From the NCBI GenBank assembly GCA_947452925.1, contig CANGFK010000001.1, positions 1-62,711 of the forward strand: a stretch of DNA of 62,711 nt, written 5' to 3'. The stretch is from Chitinophagaceae bacterium. GTDB lineage: Bacteria > Bacteroidota > Bacteroidia > Chitinophagales > Chitinophagaceae. The notes under the pieces were generated by a model. That model made no database searches. It was not told where the DNA came from and saw only the letters and a list, made by a program, of their open reading frames with translations. Each line of letters starts with the position of its first letter. Position 1 is the stretch's first letter. Below are positions 10,612 through 20,502 of this stretch, one piece after another. Made by a program: the position numbers and the translations under genes.

Positions 10612-11111
10612 GTTATCTAACGAGCACCCTCAACAATGCACACAATAAAAAGGACTTTGATTGTGGCAATCAGCTTTTGAACAACTATCTACACACCCAG
10701 GCAAAGCAAGATATAAAGCGGCGATTGTCGGCGTGTTTCGTACTTTCCGACGAAACAGAGGTGGTAAAAGGATACTACACTTTATCAAGCTCATCCATTC
10801 AAAAAGAGTTATTGCCAGCTAAAATAATAAGTAAACTACCTCCTTCCTATCACAGTCTGCCAGCTACTTTACTCGGAAGGCTCGCGGTTAACAATAGCTT
10901 TAAGGGTCAACGTTTGGGAGAGCTTTTGCTGTTGGATGCCTTAAAAAGAAGCTTTCACGTTTCCTTATCCTCCATAGGCTCTATGGCCGTGATAGTTGAT
11001 CCTATTGATGAGGCAGCAGAAAGGTTTTATACCAAATATGACTTCATTCTTTTGCCCGAATGTGGCAAAATGTTCTTAGCAATGGAAACTGTTGCGCAAT
11101 TATTTCATTAA
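10608..11111 (+). CDS. GNAT acetyltransferase toxin, TacT/AtaT-like
   Basis: FDCGNQLLNNYL, GYYTLS, LLGRLAV, GQRLGELLLLDAL, VIVDP...FYTKYDF. Confidence 0.9.
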   Translation: MSYLTSTLNNAHNKKDFDCGNQLLNNYLHTQAKQDIKRRLSACFVLSDETEVVKGYYTLSSSSIQKELLPAKIISKLPPSYHSLPATLLGRLAVNNSFKGQRLGELLLLDALKRSFHVSLSSIGSMAVIVDPIDEAAERFYTKYDFILLPECGKMFLAMETVAQLFH

Positions 11112-11156
11112 ACTATCCCAACCGCCCCTCTCTTTTTCTTAGTTTCAGACGTAAAA

Positions 11157-11422
11157 AAGTGTTTTAGTGGGTTCCGGCGCGGCGGAAAAGGTTCAAACAC
11201 GCCATGACTTGTCCTTAAATAGGTTCCGTCACCGCAGAAGGTGTTTTGTCACGTCATTTATAAGGTTCCGCCGCGGGAGAAGGTGTTCAGACGAGTGATT
11301 TAGTATGTTCTGTCACCAGAGAAGGTACTAAATGGAGTGAATTAATAGGTTCTCCGGCAACGGAAGGTACTAAATGACTTATCTGGACCTTTTCCGTCAC
11401 GGCGGAACCTATTAAATCACTT
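11157..11422. repeat. 42-bp-period degenerate tandem array bounded by ~37-bp terminal inverted repeats
   Basis: AGGTTC-N11-GAAGGT-type units at 11221, 11263, 11305, 11347; left end aagtgttttagtgggttccggcgcggcggaaaaggttc resembles the reverse complement of 11386-11422. Confidence 0.8.
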
Positions 11423-11654
11423 AATCGGGCATTATCTCGGGACACTAATGGTATTCAAAGCCTTGCTTAAATCCTTGTTTCAATCAGTCAAAAACCTGCT
11501 TTTCTCCTATCTCACTTACCCTCGTCTACTACTTGTACTCATACACATCATTAGGTTTGGTGGTAACAAAAGAATCGCTTTCTTTTGCGTTGGTTTATAG
11601 ATGGCAAACAAACAATGGAATCTTAAATTTATTAATTAACAACACAAGAACATC

Positions 11655-12452
11655 ATGACAACAGTTCAATCAGTAATTATCTCCATCGTAGAAGGGCTAA
11701 CTGAGTTCCTGCCAGTGTCTTCTACCGCCCACATGAAGATTACCAACCCGCTTATCGGCGTTCAGATAGACGCCTTCGAGGAGATGTTTGAAATAGTAAT
11801 ACAGCTTGCTGCTATCCTGAGCGTTGTTACGGTATATTGGAAAAAGTTCCTCGATTTCAAGTCGCCTACCTTTTACATCAAACTAATTCTTGCCCTTATT
11901 CCGGCTATCATTTTTGGGGCATTACTAAAGAAACATATCGATTCGGCACTCAGCAACCTCACTTTCATAGCTTGTGTCATGATTGGCGGCGGTATCCTTT
12001 TACTTTTTGTTGATAAACTATTTGCCAAGAACGAGATAACGGACGAGTCGCAGATTACCTATCCAAAAGCGCTCACCATTGGCTGTTTTCAAGTATTGTC
12101 CATCTTGTTGCCGGGCCTCAGCAGAAGTGCTGCAACCATTGTGGGCGGTATGAGTCAGAAACTAACCAGAAGTGTTGCCGCTGAGTTCTCATTCTTTCTG
12201 GCTGTGCCGACCATGTTTGCCGCTTCGGTAAAAGCCCTCTGGGATTTGCATAAAAGTGACCCTGCTGTATTGAAAGATACGTCCAACCTTGGCACACTTG
12301 CCATGGGTTCGGTCATTGCCTACATTATCGCCTTATTATCTATTAAATTTTTCATTGGTTACCTCCAGAAACATGGCTTCAGAGTATTCGGTATCTATCG
12401 TATCATCCTCGGAAGCATCGTTTTATTTCTTATTTATAAAGGAACAATCTAG
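11655..12452 (+). CDS. uppP: Undecaprenyl-diphosphate phosphatase
   Basis: VEGLTEFLPVSSTAH, IQLAAIL, PGLSRSAATI, AAEFSFFLAVP. Confidence 0.95.
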   Translation: MTTVQSVIISIVEGLTEFLPVSSTAHMKITNPLIGVQIDAFEEMFEIVIQLAAILSVVTVYWKKFLDFKSPTFYIKLILALIPAIIFGALLKKHIDSALSNLTFIACVMIGGGILLLFVDKLFAKNEITDESQITYPKALTIGCFQVLSILLPGLSRSAATIVGGMSQKLTRSVAAEFSFFLAVPTMFAASVKALWDLHKSDPAVLKDTSNLGTLAMGSVIAYIIALLSIKFFIGYLQKHGFRVFGIYRIILGSIVLFLIYKGTI

Positions 12453-12454
12453 GG

Positions 12455-12569
12455 GTAATTGATAATTGACAATTTATAATTGATAGCCACGTCCATAATG
12501 TTTGGGGAGCGATGCTTATTATATAATCAATGGTTAATTATCCTTTGTCAATTATCAATTATCAATTAC
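12455..12569. repeat. Heptamer (AATTGAY) inverted-repeat element
   Basis: taattgataattgacaatttataattgata ... ttgtcaattatcaattatcaatta; related half copy at 41435-41465. Confidence 0.7.
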
Positions 12570-12582
12570 TTTCGCCGCCATT

Positions 12583-13902
12583 ATGAAGATTATGAAATTC
12601 GGCGGTACCAGCGTTGGGAAGCCAGAAAGAATGCATCAGGTAGCGCAGTTGATTACAAAGACCGACGAGCCTAAAATAGTAGTGTTGAGTGCTTTGAGCG
12701 GCACCACCAACTCATTGGTTGGCATCAGCGACTTGTTGGCTGCAAACGATAAACAAGGCGCGAAAGCGGCTATCGACAAGTTGGAAGCGCACTACAGAGA
12801 TTTTGTTTTGTTACTGTCTAACACCGAAGAAGGTCGCAAGAAGGCGAATGCCATTGTGAGCGAACACTTCGAGTTTTTGAATATCATCCTTCGCATTTCT
12901 TTCAGCGAAGCATTAAATAAAGACATTCTTGCCCAAGGCGAACTGTTGAGTACCAAGCTATTTTGTGTCTTTTTGGAAGAGCAAAAGATTGCCCACGTAT
13001 TCTTGCCAGCCTTAGACTTCATGACCATCGATGAGAACGGCGAACCACAGTTGGCTAACATCAAAGAGAAATTGACAGAGATATTGGCAGGATTTGCAGG
13101 AACCAAATTGTTCATCACACAAGGCTATATCTGCCGCAATGCAAAGGGCGAAGTGGATAACCTGAAACGTGGTGGTAGCGATTACACAGCTTCATTGGTG
13201 GCAGCAGCGATTCAAGCGACCGTTTGCGAAATCTGGACCGACATCGACGGCATGCACAACAACGATCCCCGCGTTGTGGACAAGACAATGCCTATCAAGC
13301 AAATATCTTTTGACGAAGCTGCTGAGTTGGCGTATTTCGGTGCTAAAATTCTGCACCCTACCTGCATCTGGCCTGCACAACAGACCAATGTTCCGGTGAA
13401 ATTGCTGAATACCATGCAACCCGAAGCGGAAGGTACTGTCATTACTGAAGAAGCTGGAAGCATTGGCGTGAAGGCTGTTGCGGCAAAGGATGGTATCATC
13501 GCCATCAGGATTAAGAGTAGCAGAATGCTATTGGCTTATGGTTTCTTGAGGAAGATTTTTGAAGTATTTGAGAAATATCGCACCAGCATAGATGTGGTAA
13601 CTACCTCCGAAGTGGCGGTTTCTGTAACGATAGACAACGACGCGCACCTGGATGAGATTGTGGCTGAACTAGAGCAATTTGGTAGTGTAGAGGTTGACAA
13701 CAATCAGACAATCATCTCCGTAGTTGGAAATGAAATTGCCAGGACAGAACACGTGTTACAGCAATTTTTTACTGCCATTGCCGACGTGCCGGTACGTATG
13801 GTAAGCTACGGTGGAAGCCACCATAACATAACCATTCTTGTTCCGAATGACTACAAAATAAAAACCCTTCAACTACTGAATAAAGGGTTGTTTGGATTGT
13901 AA
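12583..13902 (+). CDS. lysC: Aspartate kinase
   Basis: MKFGGTSVG, RGGSDYTA, IWTDIDG, AAELAYFGAKILHP, ACT domains. Confidence 0.95.
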   Translation: MKIMKFGGTSVGKPERMHQVAQLITKTDEPKIVVLSALSGTTNSLVGISDLLAANDKQGAKAAIDKLEAHYRDFVLLLSNTEEGRKKANAIVSEHFEFLNIILRISFSEALNKDILAQGELLSTKLFCVFLEEQKIAHVFLPALDFMTIDENGEPQLANIKEKLTEILAGFAGTKLFITQGYICRNAKGEVDNLKRGGSDYTASLVAAAIQATVCEIWTDIDGMHNNDPRVVDKTMPIKQISFDEAAELAYFGAKILHPTCIWPAQQTNVPVKLLNTMQPEAEGTVITEEAGSIGVKAVAAKDGIIAIRIKSSRMLLAYGFLRKIFEVFEKYRTSIDVVTTSEVAVSVTIDNDAHLDEIVAELEQFGSVEVDNNQTIISVVGNEIARTEHVLQQFFTAIADVPVRMVSYGGSHHNITILVPNDYKIKTLQLLNKGLFGL

Positions 13903-14050
13903 GAATATAACAAATAGTAACAGGCATTGATGGAAAGCTTAGAAAATGCATAGCTCATCTGCCCATTGTTCCTTGATGACTATGTGTTGATTGTTTTAGA
14001 TAAGTAAAGTGCCGACTGTAAATAGTTGTCCGAATACAAGTAGGGTGTCG

Positions 14051-14083
14051 AAGCCGAGGTAAATAAATGCCTCGGCTTTTTTT
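14051..14083 (+). terminator. Rho-independent terminator
   Basis: aagccgaggt-aaataaat-gcctcggc followed by a T-run. Confidence 0.8.
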
Positions 14084-14223
14084 ATGTCTCTAATTCTACT
14101 ATTTTACCATAGTAGTAAGTGTTAAACAATATCTTCGCGGCACTTTGGGCATAAAATAAGTTGCTGATTACTAGTTACTAGTAACCAACTAATTTGATTA
14201 TATCATTTGATAAGTAATAGATT

Positions 14224-15105
14224 ATGGCTGGAATTTTAGATTTGGTGGGTAATACACCAATGGTAGAACTAAAACACGTGATAGTAAACAAGAACGTGCA
14301 AATATTTGCGAAACTAGAAGGAAATAATCCCGGTGGCAGCGTGAAAGACAGGGCCGCTTACGGGATGATTAAAGGGGCTTTGGACAGAGGAGATATAAAA
14401 CCAGGCGATAAATTGATAGAGGCAACAAGTGGCAATACCGGTATTGCCTTGGCAATGATAGCGAGTCTTTTTAAGATTGAAATAGAATTGGTAATGCCCG
14501 AAGACGCAACAAGAGAAAGGGTTTTGACGATGGAAGCCTTTGGTGCAAAGGTTGTACTTACCCCAAAAGAAGGCTCTATGGAAGCTGCAATAGACTATGC
14601 CAACAACAAAGTTGCACAAGGTGGCTATGTAATGCTGAATCAGTTTGGTAATGAAGACAATCCCAAGATGCACTACAACACCACCGGGCCAGAAATATGG
14701 CGTGACACCGATGGAAAGGTCACACATTTTGTATCGTCTATGGGTACTACCGGAACGATAATGGGCGTTTCAAGATATTTGAAAGAACAGAATAAAGCGG
14801 TGCAGATTGTGGGTTGCCAGCCTTCGGATGGTAGTCGTATTCCAGGCATACGCAAGTGGCCAGAAGCATATTTGCCCACTATTTTTCATAGAGAAAACAT
14901 AGATAGAACCATAGAGCTTGGCGAAGCAGATGCCAGGATAATGGCAAAACGCCTTGCCAAAGAAGAAGGAATATTTTCGGGGATGAGTAGTGGCGGATGT
15001 GTACATGCCGCAGTAGAACTGAGCAAAGAACTGACGGAAGGGGTTATTGTCTGCATTATCTGTGACAGAGGAGACAGGTATTTGTCTTCTGATTTGTTTG
15101 AATAG
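14224..15105 (+). CDS. cysM: Cysteine synthase B
   Basis: KLEGNNPGGSVKDR (PLP lysine), EATSGNTG, MGTTGT, IPGIRKWP, CDRGDRYLSS. Confidence 0.93.
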   Translation: MAGILDLVGNTPMVELKHVIVNKNVQIFAKLEGNNPGGSVKDRAAYGMIKGALDRGDIKPGDKLIEATSGNTGIALAMIASLFKIEIELVMPEDATRERVLTMEAFGAKVVLTPKEGSMEAAIDYANNKVAQGGYVMLNQFGNEDNPKMHYNTTGPEIWRDTDGKVTHFVSSMGTTGTIMGVSRYLKEQNKAVQIVGCQPSDGSRIPGIRKWPEAYLPTIFHRENIDRTIELGEADARIMAKRLAKEEGIFSGMSSGGCVHAAVELSKELTEGVIVCIICDRGDRYLSSDLFE

Positions 15106-15231
15106 AAAGTATATTTTCAACAGGATAAATAAGCCTTTTAACAATTGACGTTAAAAGGCTTATTTGTTTTTTGCCTATCAGATGTATCTTGCCTATTGCG
15201 GTTTTACCGCTTCCTCCTTACCTTCGTTTGC

Positions 15232-16914
15232 ATGAAGATTTTATTGGCACAACAGAATTATCACATCGGGAATTTTGAAAGTAATACCGAAAAAATCATT
15301 GCAGCCATCAAAACCGCAAAGAACGCCAAAGCAGATTTGATTGTTTTTAGTGAAATGAGCATCTGCGGTTATCCAGCCCGTGATTTTGTGGAATTCAATG
15401 ATTTCATCAATAAATGTTATGCATCAATTGACGAGATTAAAAAACATGCTGATACTATTGGTGTAATCGTCGGCTCTCCAGCTAGAAATCCTAATCCAAA
15501 GGGTAAAGAACTGTTTAATGCAGCCTTCTTTTTGTATGAGCAGAAAGTGATTGCCGAGATACACAAAACCTTATTGCCTACCTATGATGTCTTTGACGAG
15601 TATCGCTACTTCGAACCTGCTTACGAATGGAATGTAGTGGAGTTTAAAGGAAAGAAATTGGCTATTACCATCTGTGAAGACATCTGGAATCTAGGTAATA
15701 ACCCATTATATCGTATCTGTCCGATGGATATACTGATGGAACAAAGTCCCGACATCATGATAAACCTTAGTGCAAGTCCTTTCGATTATACCCACGGTGA
15801 AGAACGGATTGGTGTTGTGCGAGACAATGTTTTGAAGTATGGCTTACCTATGTTTTACTGCAATGCGGTAGGTAGTCAGACAGAGATAGTTTTTGATGGT
15901 GCATCGTTAATATTTGACAAGAAGGGAAATCTATGCAAACAATTGCCTTCTTTCTCAGAAGCCATTGAAGGTGTTAATTTGAACGAGGATGGAATGATTG
16001 ACGAACCAATTATTGCACAGCATAGTGCATTGTCTGACAATGAATCTGGACTTTTTTCTTTGAATGAAACATTAAACATAGACCAGATTTATAGTGCTTT
16101 GATATTAGGAATAAAGGATTATTTTGCCAAGATGGGTTTTACTAAAGCAATACTCGGAAGTAGTGGTGGGATAGATTCAGCGGTGGTTCTGGCATTGGCT
16201 TGTGATGCACTAGGAAGCGAAAATGTACGTGCAATACTGATGCCTTCGCCTTATTCCACCGAACATTCAGTAAATGATGCTGTACAATTGAGTAAGAATT
16301 TAAACAATCCGTATGACATCATCAGGATAAATGAGGTCTATGAAAGCTTTCTGACAACGCTACAGCCAATCTTCAAAGACTTGCCGTTCTCACTTGCAGA
16401 GGAAAACATGCAAAGTAGAACAAGGGGAAACTTGCTGATGGCCATTGCAAATAAGTTTGGTTATATATTGCTGAATACTTCAAACAAAAGTGAGTTATCT
16501 ACTGGCTATGGAACGCTGTATGGCGACATGGCAGGTGGATTGGGGGTATTGGGTGATTGTTATAAGATTCAGGTGTATGCTTTGGCAAGGTATATAAACA
16601 GAGATAAAGAAATCATTCCAGAGAACATCATCACAAAAGCACCAAGTGCCGAGCTAAGACCTAACCAAAAAGATAGCGATAGTCTGCCTGATTATGAAGT
16701 GCTGGATAAGATATTATTTCAATACATAGAGAAGAGATTAGGGCCTACAGAGATAAAAGCACAGGGCTTTGATGCTGCAACAGTGGACAGAGCAATTAAA
16801 TTAGTTAATATGAATGAATACAAGCGCAACCAGTTTTGTCCCATCATACGTGTAAGCCCGAAGGCTTTCGGCGTAGGTAGAAGGGTTCCTATTGTAGGGA
16901 AGTATCTTAGTTAA
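15232..16914 (+). CDS. nadE: Glutamine-dependent NAD+ synthetase
   Basis: Nitrilase domain (E-K-C triad, ICEDIW) plus SGGIDS, SNKSE, GYGTLYGD, PSAEL; start moved to MKILLAQ. Confidence 0.95.
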   Translation: MKILLAQQNYHIGNFESNTEKIIAAIKTAKNAKADLIVFSEMSICGYPARDFVEFNDFINKCYASIDEIKKHADTIGVIVGSPARNPNPKGKELFNAAFFLYEQKVIAEIHKTLLPTYDVFDEYRYFEPAYEWNVVEFKGKKLAITICEDIWNLGNNPLYRICPMDILMEQSPDIMINLSASPFDYTHGEERIGVVRDNVLKYGLPMFYCNAVGSQTEIVFDGASLIFDKKGNLCKQLPSFSEAIEGVNLNEDGMIDEPIIAQHSALSDNESGLFSLNETLNIDQIYSALILGIKDYFAKMGFTKAILGSSGGIDSAVVLALACDALGSENVRAILMPSPYSTEHSVNDAVQLSKNLNNPYDIIRINEVYESFLTTLQPIFKDLPFSLAEENMQSRTRGNLLMAIANKFGYILLNTSNKSELSTGYGTLYGDMAGGLGVLGDCYKIQVYALARYINRDKEIIPENIITKAPSAELRPNQKDSDSLPDYEVLDKILFQYIEKRLGPTEIKAQGFDAATVDRAIKLVNMNEYKRNQFCPIIRVSPKAFGVGRRVPIVGKYLS

Positions 16915-16918
16915 AACA

Positions 16919-16956
16919 AAAAGAGAAGGCTGCAATTACTGCCGCCTTCTCTTTTT
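16919..16956. terminator. Bidirectional terminator
   Basis: aaaagagaaggc...gccttctcttttt between convergent genes. Confidence 0.8.
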
Positions 16957-16975
16957 ATACTTTATTTAAATTATA

Positions 16976-17797
16976 TTAATGCAAAATCAATAATGGAACT
17001 TTACTGTGGAAAGCCAATTTCTTAGTATGATCATTAAAGATTGTCTCAATCAAACCATGTTCTTTTGGAACAAGAGCCAAAATATCTGTGTGACTTTCAA
17101 ATACGAAGTCTATGATATCATCTGTATAGTGATGGCTTTCTTTGTATTCGAAGGTTGGGCTATATTTCTTGAACATTCTATCAAGCTTTTGCTTTTCGGG
17201 ATGAGCTGCATCTATCTTCTCATTATGCTTAAGAAGGTGTAAAATGGTAAATTTGACAATACCATGATCTAAGAAGGTTCTTAATCCTTCAAGTGATCTA
17301 TTATTTTCAACATTCTTAAAGTCACTTAGAAATGTTATTTTCTCGCATTTCTTTAATTTAGTCATTGCTGGTATAATCAATACAGGTATTGCTATATGCC
17401 TTGCAATTGAAAGAGTATGACTACCTATAATCTTTTCTTTTATTACTCCTCCACCTTTAATGCCCATCACTACTATATCGGCATTTACAATTTTTGACAC
17501 TTCTTTGATTCCTTCATTCACAGAACTCGCCCCTTGATACATTTCTATTTCAATTCCAGCATCAATTGGTTTGAGAGAGTCTATAAAATCATTTAAATCT
17601 TCAATGCTCTTATTTCTATTAGCCTCAATAGTTGCTTCTTCATCTAATTCCCCCGCAGGAGTGTAAACTAAAGGAGTAGGAAAGTAATGGTAAAATACAA
17701 TTTTAGGAATTGTTAAAAGAGATGCTAAACCTAATGCGTATTCAGCTGCGTTTTTTGATGTTTCTGTAAAGTCTGTTGGAACAAGAATTGTTTTCAT
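16976..17797 (-). CDS. Universal stress protein (tandem USP domains)
   Basis: MKTILVPTDF, DIVVMGIKGG...IIGS, IPVLIIP, C-terminal VPLLIL. Confidence 0.9.
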   Translation of the reverse strand: MKTILVPTDFTETSKNAAEYALGLASLLTIPKIVFYHYFPTPLVYTPAGELDEEATIEANRNKSIEDLNDFIDSLKPIDAGIEIEMYQGASSVNEGIKEVSKIVNADIVVMGIKGGGVIKEKIIGSHTLSIARHIAIPVLIIPAMTKLKKCEKITFLSDFKNVENNRSLEGLRTFLDHGIVKFTILHLLKHNEKIDAAHPEKQKLDRMFKKYSPTFEYKESHHYTDDIIDFVFESHTDILALVPKEHGLIETIFNDHTKKLAFHSKVPLLILH

Positions 17798-17947
17798 TAT
17801 CGCCGTTTTATTTTGGGTTAAAGTTAGCAACCTTTATCCAATTATTCAAAATAGTTTTTAAATAATTGGAAATTAATTCGGCAAAAAGGCTTAAAAATTC
17901 TTATGGAGGCTCATATTTCAACTATATGTAACGTCACGCTTATGCTA

Positions 17948-18826
17948 CTACACAAACTTTATATGCTCTATTACCTCTAAAAGCGACTTTTTTACATCTA
18001 CATTGTCGGGGACTTTCTTTTTATAGTTCTGAATCATTTGTCCGGATAGAATCAGTTTACTTCCCTGGAGTTTGTTTCCCACTTGCATTAAATACTTTTC
18101 GAGATTAAAACTGTGGGCTATCGCAGTTAAGTGAGAATACAGATATACAGGTTGCTTGTGAATTACAACGTATAAAACGTCTTTCAATGGAATGTTGGCA
18201 CCTAAATAGAGTACATTTATCCCTCTATTTTTTATCATATAGTGTATTAACAGTAAGCAGAGTTCATGATGTTCTCCTTCTGGTAGATAAAGCAAAACTG
18301 TTTTTTCTCGGTTTATTGGAGTTATTATGTTTTCTATTGCAAGTATAAGCTTTTGGCGAATTATGTTTGTTACAAGGTGCTCCTGAGCTGGATTTATATG
18401 GTTTGTTTGCCATAAAACACCAACTTTCTCTAGGAAAGTGAAAACAATGTTTATTATTGTTTTTTCTATCCCTTTCGATTCGATACAACTATCCAAGACT
18501 TCTTCAAACTTTTCTACTTCAAGATCTATCATGCACTGAATTAGCTCATTTACCAACCTTTCCTGTTGTGCATCAGAATGAGAAAGGTTAAATATCTTTT
18601 CCTTCATCTCAGTCGCATTCATCTTATCGATGTGCGATATCTTGTATCCGTATCTATTAAGTAAAGAGATATTGAGGACTGCTTTGAGTTCCTCATTGCT
18701 GTAGAAACGAATATTCGTATCTGTACGATTAGGTTTTAGAAACGAATAACGTTGCTCCCAGATGCGTATTGTATGAGCTTTTATTCCTGATAATTGCTCC
18801 AAATCTTTTATTGAAAATAAATTCAT
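17948..18826 (-). CDS. MerR-family regulator with cobalamin-binding domain (CarH/LitR-like)
   Basis: FSIKDLEQLSGIKAHTIRIWEQRY HTH; W-x9-EH motif (WQTNHINPAQEH); EHHEL...YLGANIP. Confidence 0.9.
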   Translation of the reverse strand: MNLFSIKDLEQLSGIKAHTIRIWEQRYSFLKPNRTDTNIRFYSNEELKAVLNISLLNRYGYKISHIDKMNATEMKEKIFNLSHSDAQQERLVNELIQCMIDLEVEKFEEVLDSCIESKGIEKTIINIVFTFLEKVGVLWQTNHINPAQEHLVTNIIRQKLILAIENIITPINREKTVLLYLPEGEHHELCLLLIHYMIKNRGINVLYLGANIPLKDVLYVVIHKQPVYLYSHLTAIAHSFNLEKYLMQVGNKLQGSKLILSGQMIQNYKKKVPDNVDVKKSLLEVIEHIKFV

Positions 18827-18963
18827 ACTCTAATAAACAACAGCTTTTGAAAAAAGTTGTTTTGAGGTTTAGTTCATTTTTTTAAACAAAATTTTAATTT
18901 ACACTATTTGTGCTCAAAATATTATCAGTAAGGCTGCTTAACTTATTTAAATATGTAATAAAT

Positions 18964-19000
18964 AAAAACCCGCCTGAAATTTAAAGTAAGGCGGATTTTT
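18964..19000 (-). terminator. Rho-independent terminator after uxaC
   Basis: aaaaacccgcct...aggcggattttt. Confidence 0.7.
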
Positions 19001-19023
19001 ATTTTTAGAAACTACCATTGATA

Positions 19024-20424
19024 TCAATAACCAAAATAATCCTTCGCATTAAAGTAGCAGATGTCTTTTATAATCTTTCCGGTCCAAGGTAAGTCGTGCG
19101 GCATTTCGCCATTTTCTATCTCTTCACCAAAGAGGTTACAAAGAATACGTCTGAAATATTCATGGCGAGGGAACGACAAGAAGCTGCGACTATCTGTTAG
19201 CATCCCAACAAACCTGCTTATCAAGCCCATATTGGATAGAGTATTCATTTGTTTGGTCATGCCGTCCTTTTGATCCAAAAACCACCAACCACTTCCCCAT
19301 TGTACTTTTCCAGCCATGCTGCCATCATTAAAGTTGCCAATCATAGTAGCAAACAACTCGTTATCAGCAGGATTTAAGTTGTAAAGTATTGTCTTTGCTA
19401 GTCTGTTTTTAGTATCTAGTTTAGATAAAAAGGTAGATAAAGCACGTCCTTGTCTAAAGTCACCAATGCTATCAAAGCCAGTATCTGGACCAAGAGTTGC
19501 CATCATTCTTCCATTATTATTTCGGAATGTACCTAGGTGAAACTGTTGTACCCAGCCTCTTTCATAATCCCAATCGGCAAATAACAACAACATAGCACTT
19601 TTAAACTTTCTTTGTTCGGTATCATTCAATGTACTGCCACCACATATCTTATCAAATATGGCCGCAACTTCCGCATCTGTAAATTCGTCGGCATACAATT
19701 CTTCCAAACCATGGTCACTTACATTACATCCCATAGCGTGAAAAAAATCGTGACGACTTTTTAGTGCATCTACATAATCAGTAAAATTATTAATGCTTTT
19801 ATTGCACGCTGCCTCCACTCTTTTTACATAAGCAACAAATTTTGTTGCATCGCCCACATTCATCGCCTGATCTGGACGAAACGCAGGAAGAACAGGTATC
19901 TCGAAGCCTTGATCTTTTATCTCCTGATGAAAACCAAGGTTATCTACAGGATCATCTGTTGTGCAAACGGCTACCACATTCATCTTACGCAAAAGATTCT
20001 TTACACTGTATTCTTTACTACGTAATTTTTCGGAACAGCTATCATAAATCTCTTTTGCTGTGTACGGGTTGAGGACAACGTCTACATCAAAATAGCGTTG
20101 CAGTTCTAGGTGTGTCCAATGATACAGCGGATTGCGTAAAGTATACGGCACCGTTGCAGCCCATTGCTCAAATTTCTCATAGTCAGTAGCAGTACCTGTA
20201 CAATACCTCTCGTTTACACCATTTGTTCGCATGGCGCGCCATTTGTAATGATCGCCATACAACCAAGCTTGTGTGATATTTTCAAAGTTTTTATCTTCAG
20301 CAATCTGTTGTTGAGGAAGGTGACAATGATAATCGATGATAGGCATTGTCTTAGCATACTCGTGGTATAAGATCTCTGCCGTTTTATTTTTTAATAAGAA
20401 ATTCTCGTCTAGAAATTTTTTCAT
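19024..20424 (-). CDS. uxaC: Uronate (glucuronate) isomerase
   Basis: PIIDYHCHL, GDHYKWRAMR, WWFLDQKDG, GMLTDSRSFLSFPRHEYFRR. Confidence 0.96.
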   Translation of the reverse strand: MKKFLDENFLLKNKTAEILYHEYAKTMPIIDYHCHLPQQQIAEDKNFENITQAWLYGDHYKWRAMRTNGVNERYCTGTATDYEKFEQWAATVPYTLRNPLYHWTHLELQRYFDVDVVLNPYTAKEIYDSCSEKLRSKEYSVKNLLRKMNVVAVCTTDDPVDNLGFHQEIKDQGFEIPVLPAFRPDQAMNVGDATKFVAYVKRVEAACNKSINNFTDYVDALKSRHDFFHAMGCNVSDHGLEELYADEFTDAEVAAIFDKICGGSTLNDTEQRKFKSAMLLLFADWDYERGWVQQFHLGTFRNNNGRMMATLGPDTGFDSIGDFRQGRALSTFLSKLDTKNRLAKTILYNLNPADNELFATMIGNFNDGSMAGKVQWGSGWWFLDQKDGMTKQMNTLSNMGLISRFVGMLTDSRSFLSFPRHEYFRRILCNLFGEEIENGEMPHDLPWTGKIIKDICYFNAKDYFGY

Positions 20425-20502
20425 GGTATAAAAATTAGGGTTACAGTATAAGGCGTAAGTGGCAAGTAATAAGTCAAAAGATACTAAGCCCTAGACTTAC
20501 GA

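Noticed and set aside
11157-11422. CRISPR or mini-CRISPR array
   Set aside because: Variable parts are only ~11 and ~19 nt and are related to each other; the repeats are degenerate and the last unit is inverted
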